Shown here: positions 22,813 through 34,011 of the stretch, one piece after another
Position numbering within the stretch: position 1 is the first letter of the stretch
Layout of the letters: every line of letters begins with the position of its first letter
DNA from: Cyanophora paradoxa CCMP329
Lineage: Eukaryota; Plantae; Glaucophyta
Assembly (NCBI GenBank): GCA_004431415.1
Contig: QPMI01000062.1
Location: 124,001 to 188,000 of the forward strand
Reading direction: 5' to 3'
DNA length: 64,000 nt
Notes under the pieces: model-generated
What the model saw: the letters and a program-made list of their open reading frames with translations, nothing else
Told to the model about the DNA's origin: nothing
Database searches by the model: none
Position numbers and translations under genes: made by a program

Positions 22813-25379
22813 CTACGCCCTACCGAGCTCAATGTCTACGGATCCGTTGGAAGGGAGGAGGAGCTTGGGCTTTGGACGGGGGGCGGCGCCCCCCGAGGGG
22901 GCAGAGGAGGAGGAGGAGGAGGTGCCGAGGGAGTAGGCCTGGGAGGGCGCCGAGGGGCTCCCGACGCCGGCGGCGGGGTGCGGGGCCTTAAGGGAGGACG
23001 CCCCCGCGGGCTCCTTGCGGGGCCCCGCGGGGGCGGGGGTGGCGGCGAGGGCGCCGGGCGGGGGCACGATCTCCTTGACCTGCTCGATGACGGTCTGGAG
23101 GAAGCCGAGGCGCTTCTCCTTGGCGCCCTCGGCCTCCCCGCCGGGGGCCACGCGCGGGACGCCCGTCACGGGGTCGTACTCGGCGCTCATGAGCACCAGC
23201 GCGTCCTCCAGCGTCGTCAGCAGCTTCGACTTGGAGCGCGACATGCGCGCCTCCGACCCCCGCTCCGGCCGCTCCTCCCTGGGCGGCCGCGGCGGCGCGG
23301 CGCGGCCGACGCCGGCGCCGGTGGAGGCGGCGGCGTCGTCGGAGAGCATGCTGTCGACGGTGGACTGGAGCTTCTCGGGGTCGACGTGGACGCCGTGCGC
23401 GGCGGCGACGAGGCGCTCGACCTGGGAGCGCAGCGCCTCGTAGCGCCGCGCCTCCTCCTGCCGGATCGCCGCCACCTCGCTCCGCAGCAGCGCCTCCACC
23501 GAGCGCGTCGCCGGCCCGCCCAGCCCCAGCCCCGCCGCCGCGCTCCGCACCCGCGCCTCCTCATCCGGCGGCAGCTCCGGCACCTCCCCGCCCGTCCGCG
23601 GGCTCTTCCTCTGCCCGGCCGCACCGCCGTCAGCGGCGGGCCGCGCGCGGGGCGGGGGCGGGCGGACCCGCTTGGCGGAGGAGGGACGGGGCACGGGGGC
23701 GCTGGTGGGCCCGACGCCGAGGGCCGCCGTCACGTTCTTGATGAGCTGCGCGAGCTCCTGGACCTTGGCGGCGTCGGGGGCCGCCCGCGGGCTGTCGGCG
23801 CTCGTCCCCAGCTTCTCGGCCTGGCGGTAGGCGGAGAGGGAGGACATGATCTCCGCGAACTGCTGCCGCTGCGCGTCGCTCGCCCCGCCGCCGAGCCACT
23901 TGACGACCAGGCGCGGCGAGACCAGCGGCGCGACGCCGTCCGCGATCGGCACCTCGCCCGAGGACATCGACATGTTGAAGTTCTTGAGCGTCAGCGGCTG
24001 CCGCACGCCGCTCAGGTTCGAGGTGCTCCCCTTGCGGACCGTGTCCCGGTCCTTCCGCAGCGTGATCGAGCCTGCCGGGCGCCCCGCGCGTCAGGCCGGG
24101 GGCGGGGCGCGGGGGCGCGGGGCGCGGGGCGGGCGCACGGATGTCGACGGAGGAGAGGTCGGCGAGGCAGCGGTAGCCGTCGTGGCCGGCGAGGACGTGG
24201 AAGCGCCCGCCGACGACGCTCGAGGCGTGCGCCGAGCGCTCCAGGGGCGCCCCCTCGAGCCCCGCGAAGCGCGCCCAGGAGAGGTTCTCCGTGTCCAGCA
24301 CGTGCAGGTCGTTCAGGACGCCGTTGCGCCCGTCGTCGCCCCCGAAGACCACGATCAGCGTCCCGTACGAGGCGCTCGAGTGGAAGAAGCGCGCGCAGGG
24401 CGTCTCCTCCGTGATGATCGCCACCCCGTACCACCCCATCGTGTCTGTGCCCCGCCCCCGCGTGAGCCGCCGTGGGGCGAGGGGGGCGGGGCGGGGCGGG
24501 GCAGAGCGGCGGGAGGGAGCGACGGGCCGCACCGAGGTTGAGAACGTAGAGGTCGTTCAGGCTGCGCTTGCCGGACTGGCCGCCGAACACGTACATCTTC
24601 CCATCAATCACGTCGGCCGTGTGCCCCTCCCTGGGCGGCGGCGCCATCCCCCGCACTTTCGGCTTCGACCACGTGAACGTTTCTGGTGAAGGCACGCGGC
24701 GCTCAGACGAAGAAAAGAAAAGGGAAGAGCAGCGTGGCGGACCTAGGTCCAGCATGAAGACGTCGTTCAGGTACTGGATCCCGTTGAAGCCGCCGAAGAT
24801 GAAGAGCTTGTTCGCGTGCGTTACGCACGTGTGGTACGCTCTCGCCTCTGGCATCTTGCCCTTGGTCGGGGGCCGCGACCATGTCATGTCGTCTGCGGCG
24901 GCGGCGCCGTTTCAGGCGCGGGGCGTGCAAGCTGCGTGAGCGCCTTCTACGCACCAGTATCCAAGCAGCAGAGGTCATTTCTGTAACCGGAGCCACTGCG
25001 CGCGGCGAGCGGCGCTCAGCCGCAGGGACTTGGCGAATCGACGCTTTGTCCGGCACGCACTCGGTTCCGCCGAAGATGTAGAGCTTCTTGCCGACGACGG
25101 TTGTCGAGTGGCTTACTCTTGCAACAGGGGCAACGCCTGATACCGCAGGACGGGACCACGTCTCTGAATCTGTTGCCCTCCGATCAGAATAGCTAATCCC
25201 GACCGCTCAACTGGAGGCGGCGGACCCAGCGCACCGGTATCAAACACGAATATGTCATTTAGGTACAGACTGCCGCTGAAGCCGCCGAAAAGGAAAAGCT
25301 TTGATCCCACGGCGGAGAGCGTGTGACCGGCGCGGGCCTCAGGCAAGCGGCCTCGCCCTTCATGCACTAGCCAGCTCAT
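22813..25379 (-). CDS. Kelch-repeat protein, copy 2
   Basis: Same exons as copy 1, with fewer apparent frameshifts in the last exon. Confidence 0.88.
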
Positions 25380-25899
25380 GCTTCAATGGCTTTGATGCTG
25401 GCGGCTTAGAGGGAAGGTTGCTCGCTGTTTTGGTCCGCTCTGGGCTGATAGCCCCGCCAATCTCCCTAAGCGGCCATACAGTGCGTGGAGCTGACACTGA
25501 CAGGCTGTGCTGACCTAACTGAGAGCGACAGGCGTGTATCCAGCCAGGATGTGCCCAGCCTTAGCCGAGGGGAAGCAGCGCCGGAACCCGAAAAAAGGAA
25601 GCTCGGCGGCTCGGCGCGGCCGCGGGTCTGGGTCTGTTGTGCTCAGGTGTTGTTACGACAGACGAAGCCCTTAGCCAATCGCTCCGTGACCGGCTTGCAA
25701 TCTGTACCCCCCCCGGAGCTCCGAAAACAGACTTGAAACTTGAAATGAGCACAGCTGCAGGATCGCACGGCTCAGCGCATGCGGCTTAGGATCGCAAACG
25801 AGCGCAGGATCGCGCTGATGCTTAGCTAAAGCGTATGGTCCGCTTCGGGTGCGCCCCGCGAGCGCCGGAACCCGTGCGCTCGAGCTCGTGGCCGGACTG

Positions 25900-28800
25900 G
25901 TGTGGTTTGGTACAGAGAGGCGCCTACGATCCTATCGCTGGGCGGAGCCTGGACGCGGGGGCCGCCCGCTGGCGGCGACGGGTGCGCCCTCGTCCTGCGC
26001 GAGGCGCGGGGTCGGGCTGGGCGGGCCCGGGAGGCGGGGCTGCGCACGCCGGGGCTGGGCGAGCGGCGCGGGTTGATCGCGTCGAGGTGCCGCTTGGCCT
26101 GGCCGAGCTCGACGGAGCGCGCCCGCTGCGGCGCGTCGGCGCGGGCCGCGGCGCGCCGCGGCGCGGGGGGCCCTCCCCGACAAACCATCGCGAAGTTGAG
26201 GGAGCACATCGTCTCGCTCTGGTGCTCGAACGAGGGCCGGATTTGCACGAACATGAGCATCTTCGAGTCGCCGGCTGTGGGGCGTTCGCTCGGGGGAGGG
26301 GGCGGGCGGGGGCGGGTGGGGGCGGGGGGGCGGACAGAGGGAGTCCTGGAGGACCATGGTGAGCTTAGAGTCGCGGTACGGGACGTGGGAGTTCTTGCCC
26401 GCCAGCGCCGCGATCACGTTGCCGAGGGCGGAGAGGGACTTGTTGATCGCCTGCGCCTCCTTCAGGCGATCTGCGGGCCGGCGTCCCGGCCGTCAGGGCG
26501 CGGGGCGGGCCGGGGCGGGCGCAAGGCCGAGGGGCACCGCCGGCGGCGAGGGACTTGGAGATGCGCTCGGAGCCGGCCAGATCGATGAGGTTCAGCTTGC
26601 CTGCGCCCCGGGCCATGGGCGGGCGGCCTCCGGCGCGCGGCTCGCCCGGGGCGGGGCGGGCGGACCAGTGGTGCGCATGCCGGTCGCCTTGCTTGTGCCC
26701 TCCACGTAGACGGTGAGGACGCTGCGGGGCGCGAAGGTCGCGGCCGGGCGGGCCGGGCGGGCCGGGCGGGGCGGGGGGTGCGGGGGCGGACAGGTGGGAG
26801 CGGGAGGAGTCGGTGTTCATGGCGGTCTGGGCGGTGCGGCGGTTGCGGGAGGCGGCCTCCATCCACTGGGAGACGTCCTTCTCGCCCCGCACCGGCACCC
26901 GCACCAGGCCCTCCACGTAGGAGCCCCCCTGGCTCATCCGCACCTCCAGCCTGCGCCCCGCCCCCGCCCCGCGTCAGCCGCCCGCCCCCGCCCCCGCCGC
27001 CCCCGCCCCCGCCCCCGCCCCGCCGCCGCACTTCTTCTGCTCCTTGGGGTCCACGAGCAGATCCTGCACGATCTCGTTGTAGATCTCCAGAAGGCTGCGG
27101 CCCCGCGTCAGCGAGTGCCCGCAGGCGGCCCCGCGCCGCGCCGCCCACCTGAGGTTGATCTCGTAGTCGAAGCTCGTGGCGTGCTCGACCTGCGGCCGGC
27201 GGCTCGGGAGGCGGCGGCGGGCGAGGGGGCGGGGCGGGGGCGAGGCGGACGAGGGCGAGGTTGAAGAGCTCGCGGATGGCGCGGTAGTTGACGCCCCGGT
27301 CGTGCTCCGGGCCCTCCATCGTGTACGTCTGCGCACCCGTCACGCGCCCGCCCGACCGCCCCGGCGCGGCGGGGGGAGGCGAAGGGGAGGGCGCGCCTTG
27401 CCGGAGCCCGTCTGCCCGTACGCGAAGCTGCGGCGGGGGTCGGCGGGAGCGGGGGCGGGGGTCGGGGGAGGGCGGCGCGCACATGCAGACGTTGAAGCCG
27501 TCGAGGACGGACGTCACGAGCGGCTTCGTGTCCTCGAAGACTTGCGCTGCGGGCGGGGCTCGCCTCAGCGCCCCCGGCGAGCGGGGCGGGGCGGGGCGGG
27601 GCGGGGCGGGGCGGGGCGGGGACCCTGCGTGGTGCCGAGGCCGTAGACGCGGTCGAACTCGAAGGCCTTCTTCCCCGAGGGCCCGTCCACCGTCAGCTCC
27701 TGCTCGTCCGTGATCTCCACGCACGCCTGCGCCCCCTGTCAGGCGTGCGCGGCGCCCGCCGCCGGCCGCGCCGCGCCCCGCGCACCGCCTCGCCGCGCGC
27801 CGCCTCCTCCTTGAGCAGCGGCCGCACGCGCGCAAACACGCGGATGTTGCCTGCACGGGCGCTCGGCGGGGCGGCGGGGGCCCGGAGCCTGCGGAGAGCA
27901 CGCACCCTTGAGCTCGACGAGCTGGTTGTAGAGCTTGCGGCGCTCCTTGAGCTCCTTCTGGTACCGCGTGTTCGCCTCGTTCGACGCCTCCACTGCGCCG
28001 CGTCGGCGGGGGGCCCCGCGCGCCAAGCGCTCCGCGGGGGGCGCGCACGGAGCTTGCGCATCGCCGCCGAGAACTGGTTGAAGAGGCTCGGCATCGCGAA
28101 CTCCGCCGCCTCCTTCCGCAGCGACCGCTGGTTCTTTCGGATGTCCTGCCGCCAGCCCGGCTGAGCGGAGCGCCGCGGGGCAGGGCGGGACGCGGCGGGG
28201 CCGGTGCGGCGCACGCGGGCGAGCTGCTTGACGCGGGTGAGCTGCTGCATGCGGCCCGAGTCCTGCAGCTGGGCGACGCGCTCCTGCAGGACGCGCTCCT
28301 GTTCGCCGGCGCGCTCCGCCTCGGCCCGCCACCGCTCCGTCTCCTCCTCGCGCTTCTTCAGAAGGTTCTCCACCTTGTCCTTGAGCCGCAGCTTCTCCTC
28401 CTTGGCCTCCTTGTCCTTGGCCTTGAGCGAGTCCTTCATCTTCTTCTCGTACTCGGCCACTGCCGCCGGCGCTCGAGCCCCGCCCCGGGGCGGTGCCGGG
28501 GCGGGCGGGGCGGGGCGGACCGAGGCGAGCCTTCTCCTCGAGCCACTGCTTCTCCTTCTCGGCGAGGAGCGCCTGCGATGCGCCGCTCGTGGAGGAGGCG
28601 GCCTGCTGCAGCCGCTCCGTGATGCTCGCGTCCTTCTCCCGCAGCACCTGCGCCGCCGCCGCCTCGGCCCCGCGCCCCGCCCACCCGCCCCCCGGCCCCT
28701 GTCCCCGCCGCACCGCGTTCAGCCGCTCCACCTCCGCCTGCAGCTGCCCCCGCTCCGCCTCCAGCGCCTTGCGCTCTTTGTCCGAGAGCCCGGCCCCTGC

Positions 28801-30077
28801 TGCCGCGCGCGTCGACAGCCGGCGCGGCCCGCTTATGCCGCGCCTGTCCTACCCGAGGGGGCGCCGGCGCCTGCCCGCAGGGACTCCAGCTCGCGTTGCG
28901 CGTCGCGCAGCTGCTTCCTCGCATCCTGCGCACGGCGGGTTGGCCGCAATGACGGCGCACGGCCTCTGCGAGGGAGCGCGCCTGCAGCTGCTTCGTCAGC
29001 TCTGCGCGCTCCTCCGATCCTGAGTCCGTCAGCGCGCTGGGGCCCGCGCTGCCGCCAGCCGATGGCCGCCCGCCCTCGAGGGCGCGCTTTGCCTCCTGGC
29101 GCACGAACTGCAGCTCTGCGCTCCGACCTCAATGGGCGCGGGGGCTCTCCCTCGCTTCGGATGCCGCCGAACCGTCTGTGAGTTCCTGCACGCGGCGTTC
29201 CAGGTCATGATTCCGCCCCTGCAGGTCGAACGCGTCCGCGCGGGTGCCGACTTGCGCTGCCGCAGCCGTCGCGCTGATTTTGGACACGTGGTGGAAGATG
29301 TCCTGCGCGCTGCCTGAGATGCGGGGCATATCGGCGGGGCGGGGCGCCCTGCGCGGGGTGCGAACCTCGAGCGCAGTAACGCAGGCGGGATCCTTCTCGA
29401 GTGCCTCCAGAGCGGCTTTTAGCTCCTGCACCGCCTCTTCCCGGCGCTTAACGTCCTCCTCGTACTGCTTCTTCATGATGCCGAGCGTCGACTTGGTAGT
29501 TGCCTTAAAGGCCTGCAGAGAGTCATCGCTCTTCGCCAGTCGCTGCTCCAGAAGCTGTAGCGCACGCGCGTCAGGAGCAGTCTGCGCTGGCTAGCCTCAA
29601 CGATATCAGACCTGTAGCTTCGACATTGTCTCCTGTCCGCGCTTTACTTCCTCCTTGAAGAGCTCATCTAGCTCCATGTATTTGCGCAGCGGCACTGCAG
29701 CGCGCGTCAGCGCGGCAGTATGAACCGCATGGGATATCAGCGGCTGCCGACCCGTGTCGCCGCCGCGCCTCTGAGCGCCGCTCGTCGGCACATCGTCATC
29801 GGAATCTGACTCTGCGGGCGGCGCTATGCGTCAGAAGCGCTGGGGGAGGGCCAGAGCGGCGCAATGGGCAGGCGGACCGAAGCCAAGCTCCTTCTTCATG
29901 ACCTCCCGCCGCACGGGCAGGATGAGATCGGACTCCGCGAGCTTCTTCTGATTCGCGTAGTACGACTGGCCGACTCCATAGCCCTGCGTCCGAGTTGGCC
30001 TAGCACATGAAAAGCGCGCGGCGCTCGAGGCAGCCAAGTGCTTCTTCTCTGTCCTTCCGCTCGCGCACCCGAGACAT
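25900..30077 (-). CDS. Kinesin-14 (C-terminal motor, KIFC/Kar3-like) with long N-terminal coiled coil
   Basis: Neck [107 protein letters not shown]. Inferred start MSR|GYGVG at 30077. Exact stop is uncertain because of indels. Confidence 0.92.
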
Positions 30078-30388
30078 GGCGTGCTGCTGCCCGCCGGCCC
30101 AAAGCACGTAGGGTGGCCGTACCCGTCTACCGTTCTCTCCCCCCACGACGCACTTTGCGTTTGTGACGGGAGTCGCCGCTCGCACGCGTTGCCACCGCGT
30201 CCTTAGCTCCAAAAAAGAAGAGGCGGGCGTTAGCAAGGCGTGCGGCGGCTGCTGGCTTGGTTTCCCCTTGGTTGTCATACGGCGCTTCACTGCAACCCGG
30301 ACTGTAGTCTCGCTCCTGAACGGGGGAGCCAGCATTCCCTGCCAGCGGCAGGATTAGGATTGTTAGCAGTCGTAGAGCAGCAGGCAGA

Positions 30389-31910
30389 ATGGTGCAGCTG
30401 TGCGAGATTGACGCCGTGGCGTCCGATTTCGCCGAAGGCCAGCGGGAGCAGGGTCTCGTCATCACGAATGCGCAAGAGCTCATTGTTTTTTGCAGGTTTG
30501 TAGCATCCAGCCCTCCCGCACGCGCCGCGAGAGGCAGCGCCCGCCTGAAATCTTCGGCGCGCAGCGATGAGTTCTCCCGCATCACCGGCTACGATCGGTC
30601 CGAAATCATCGGCAAAAACTGCCGCTTCTTGCAAGGCATGATCAATCTACAGCACCGCGCGCGCCCGTGTCTGACTTGCTCTCGGCGCGCAGGCGCGGAC
30701 ACCGACCCGCACGCCGTCGAGGAGATCCGCCGCTCTAGGAAAGAGCGCAAGCCGTGCAGAGTGGCACTTTTGAACTACAGGAGGGACGGCACGCAGTTCT
30801 GGAACCTGCTCTCAATCACACCGATTCTCGACAAGACCACGTCGCAGGTGCCGGGCTCTGCGCGCCATGCGCCAGAGGCGTAACGCGCAATCTTGTGCTC
30901 ATACGTTACGTAGATTACCAACTTCGCGGGCTCGCTCTTCATGGTTGGTCTCGTGCCGTCGCCGCACGCCGATCGGCAGTTCATTGAAAGGAGACGCCTG
31001 ACCGACGGAGCTATTATCATTTCTCTTTCGGATGTTGCCGAGTCGGATGAAGATCTGGAGAGCAGCAGCGCCAGTAGCGGAAACAGCAGCAGCGATGACC
31101 TCGTGGGAAGGAATTCCTATTCTTTGGCTCACAGGAAGGCACAGCCGTGCAGGACGCAATTCGTCGCGGAGACTCGGCTGCCAACCCGGAAAGGTTTGTT
31201 TTGCCAGGCCCCTGCAGCGTGCCAACGAATTGCTAATCCAGTGCACAGGCTTCTATCGGGTGCGCGCTTACAGGGACAACGAGAACTCCGGATACGAGCC
31301 CCTGGCCATCGTATATGGAGACGTATCGGGCAAGGAGAAGATCGCAGTTCGTGTTCACGACCAGTGCATGACGTCAGAAGTCCTCGGTTCGTCTTCGCAT
31401 TCGTACTCTGTGCCTCCTCCGGTTTTTCATGCTGTTGGTGCAGGCTCGCTGAAGTGCGACTGTAAGGAGCAATTGGATTATGCGATGGAGTACATTCGCG
31501 ACAACGGCCCTGGCGTCGTCATCTACCTGCAGCAGGAGGGCCGGGGCATCGGCCTCGCGAACAAGATCGCCGCCTACGCGATGCAGGAAAAGGGCTACGA
31601 CACCGTCGACGCGAACCGCGTGCTGGGCCTCCCGGACGACGCGCGCGACTACCGCTGCGTCGTGGACATCCTGAACGACCTCGACATCGACTCCATCGTC
31701 CTCATCACCAACAACCCCCGCAAGGTGCGGCGCTGCTCAAGCATCGAACCCTCTAGCTGCTCTGATGGTGCATGGCGGCAGGTGAACCACCTCACATCGC
31801 TGGGGGTCGACGTGGTCGGGCGCATCCCCGTCATCCTGCCGTGCACACAGTACAACGTGAACTATCTCGTCGCCAAGGCCGCGCGGATGGGTCACGTTGT
31901 CGATCGGTGA
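30389..31910 (+). CDS. ribA: LOV domain - GTP cyclohydrolase II fusion (386 aa, 7 exons)
   Basis: Exons 30389-30495, 30565-30635, 30693-30847, 30914-31193, 31249-31386, 31444-31724 and 31782-31910 sum to 1161 nt with consistent phases. LOV motifs: IVFCSDEFSRITGY..EIIGKNCRFLQG..LLNYRRDGTQFWNLLSITP. GCH II motifs: ETRLPT, VRVHDQCMTSEVLGSLKCDC, QEGRGIGL, YAMQE, DTVDAN, DARDY, TNNPRK. Confidence 0.93.
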
Positions 31911-32624
31911 GCTGAGCTTGCCGTCTTGTTCAACGTTCCCTGCCCCCCATCTGACACCCCCGCCAGGCAACTTGAGGTTAATCGAGTCGACCTGCAATGA
32001 CCCCGAAAGGCCCTCCTCCCTGCACTTTACCTTTCATTAGCGTAGCCGTTGCCGCATGCTTGCTTAGCATGCCCAGGACATGGTCGCGGAGGAGCAGGAC
32101 GTCTTTCACGCCTCAGTTCAGATCTCTTCTTTCATCGAGTCAGCCCTTGCGAGTCTTCCGAACAGTTTTGCCGTATTCTTTCCGTAGCGTGCGCTTTGCG
32201 CGCGCGTCTATATCGTGTCACAGTGTCCTTCTTTTTTCCTTGAATCGATATCGTCGTTGCTGAGATCGCGTTGAGCGTGCCCGGCGCCGGCGCTTCGGGC
32301 TCGATAATCGAATTGATACATTGCACGAAATTGGAGCTATAAATGCATGGACGGATACTTAGCTAAGAGTTACGCAATTAAGCGCCAGCGCGGTTCGGGC
32401 CGGCGGTGCCGCCAGTGCCTTAGTGCCGCGCCTAAGTGCGGTGCCTGGGTGCCCGGTGCCACGGTGGCCGGGTACAGTCGCCGTTTTTGGCGCGAGAGAG
32501 CGAGCTTTCCTGTCACGAGGTGCATGCGCTATTCCTTATTCCTCAGTCACGTAGTTTAGCTGCAGCTGCTCAGCGCTCGCTGTGCTGACGCGGGCGCACA
32601 GCGTTTCAATCGGGCGAGGAATCG

Positions 32625-33095
32625 ATGGCGTCCGCTGCAACGGAAGCTGTGGCTAAGTTGAGCATTGCGCCGAAGACCGGGCGCGGGAAGAATGCCGCGC
32701 TGGTGAAGAGAATATGCGATGTGCCGGAGTGGGCGCGCGCTGTCGTCTTCGACGCGGAGGCGGAGATCCTGGCATCTACATTCTCGGAGGAAGATGTCAT
32801 CACCAGCGATGAGATGAAGTTCTTCGCCGACATGTTCGGGGACCGACAGCTCGCCTTCTCCTCGGGCCTGAAGATTGCAGGGGACCACTTCGACGTGCAC
32901 CGGTGGTACGACAACAACCTCATATACGGACGCCGGGGCGACTCGCACTCCGGCGAGGGCGTTGCGGCGCTGCGTGTCAAGCGGAAGAAGGGGTCGGACC
33001 TCACAGCCGTAGTGACGTACAAGTTCCCGTACCTCTCCGCGCGTGCCATTCCTGTGCTGCAGTCCTTCGCCAAGGAGCACCTGGAGTCCTTGTAG
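32625..33095 (+). CDS. Profilin-like protein (intronless)
   Basis: Clean 156-aa ORF. GLKIAGDHFDVHRWYDNNLIYGRRG..GEGVA resembles the profilin core (G-l-gG-ky-v------iyG-kg---G). Confidence 0.65.
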   Translation: MASAATEAVAKLSIAPKTGRGKNAALVKRICDVPEWARAVVFDAEAEILASTFSEEDVITSDEMKFFADMFGDRQLAFSSGLKIAGDHFDVHRWYDNNLIYGRRGDSHSGEGVAALRVKRKKGSDLTAVVTYKFPYLSARAIPVLQSFAKEHLESL

Positions 33096-34011
33096 CGCAC
33101 CTCGCCTTCTCCGACATCCCTTCCTGTTCTTTTCCTTCCTCTTCGCTCTCCCTCCATCCTCACCGCTAGCATCTTCCGCGTTTGTGTAAAGTCCTTTTGA
33201 GCTTAAACCTTTACGCTCTCTCCATTCCCAATCGTCTGGCCTTCAGCCTTGGATCCGTTCTTGAGTTTGCTAGGTGGCGTTTCTACGAAAGATTCGGGAG
33301 CTAGGGGCAAGGGCTTCTTTCAAGAACGCCTGCCAGCTTGTACGTAACCTGTGCACGTGTCCGCCACGAGTGGGCCGCTGCTGCGTCTGCTAGGCTAGGC
33401 CTGCCAGGCCGGCGGGGTGGGGGGCTCTCAGGGCATAGGCGAGATCTAGATGGCTAGGCCTAGCTATAGGGGACCAGCCTGCCGCAGTGCAGCCGTACTA
33501 GGCTAGGCTGAGCTAATTATACTTGGTTCGGGCGCGAGCAATCGTTATAATTAGACGGGGCCCCGGGGCCCTAGCTGGACTCAGCCGCAGCACTGCTAGG
33601 CTGGACCGTATACGTAGTTTTAGCTACTAGGCTATAGCAATTGCGCTAGCGCGCGCGGCGGCAGCTGCAGGCGCCGGCCCTGAGCTCGAGGCCCTAGGGG
33701 GCACTGCATGGGTAAATTTGAAACGCCAGGAAAGCGGTACAGCTCGGCCGGCTGTGCGCGTGCGGGGCGCCAGCAGGCCAAGAGCAATAACAAAAATTGC
33801 GATATATATAGCTAGCGCGCCGCGGCACGCTAGGTCTAAGGTCTAGTCGGCGCTAGCGCTGCAGCTGCTCGCTACTTTGTCGCCCCCCCCCCCCCCCCCC
33901 CCCCATTAGGTGTTGAAGGTCCTCATTAAATTCTTAACGGAAGTTCGGCGACAGGGAAAGAGAGACTGGGGGCAGAAAGGGGAAGCGTCCAGGGGCGCCC
34001 GGCGGGGGTTG

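Larger units (their letters stand above)
18651..28200. repeat. ~9.5-kb tandem segmental duplication, copy 2
   Basis: Near-identical to 9081-18604; the ORF track translations are duplicated. Confidence 0.95.

Noticed and set aside
9634-28000. Frameshifts suggesting pseudogenes or programmed frameshifting in the aminopeptidase, kelch and kinesin genes
   Set aside because: They fall in homopolymers and differ between the two copies, which is the pattern of long-read indel error.
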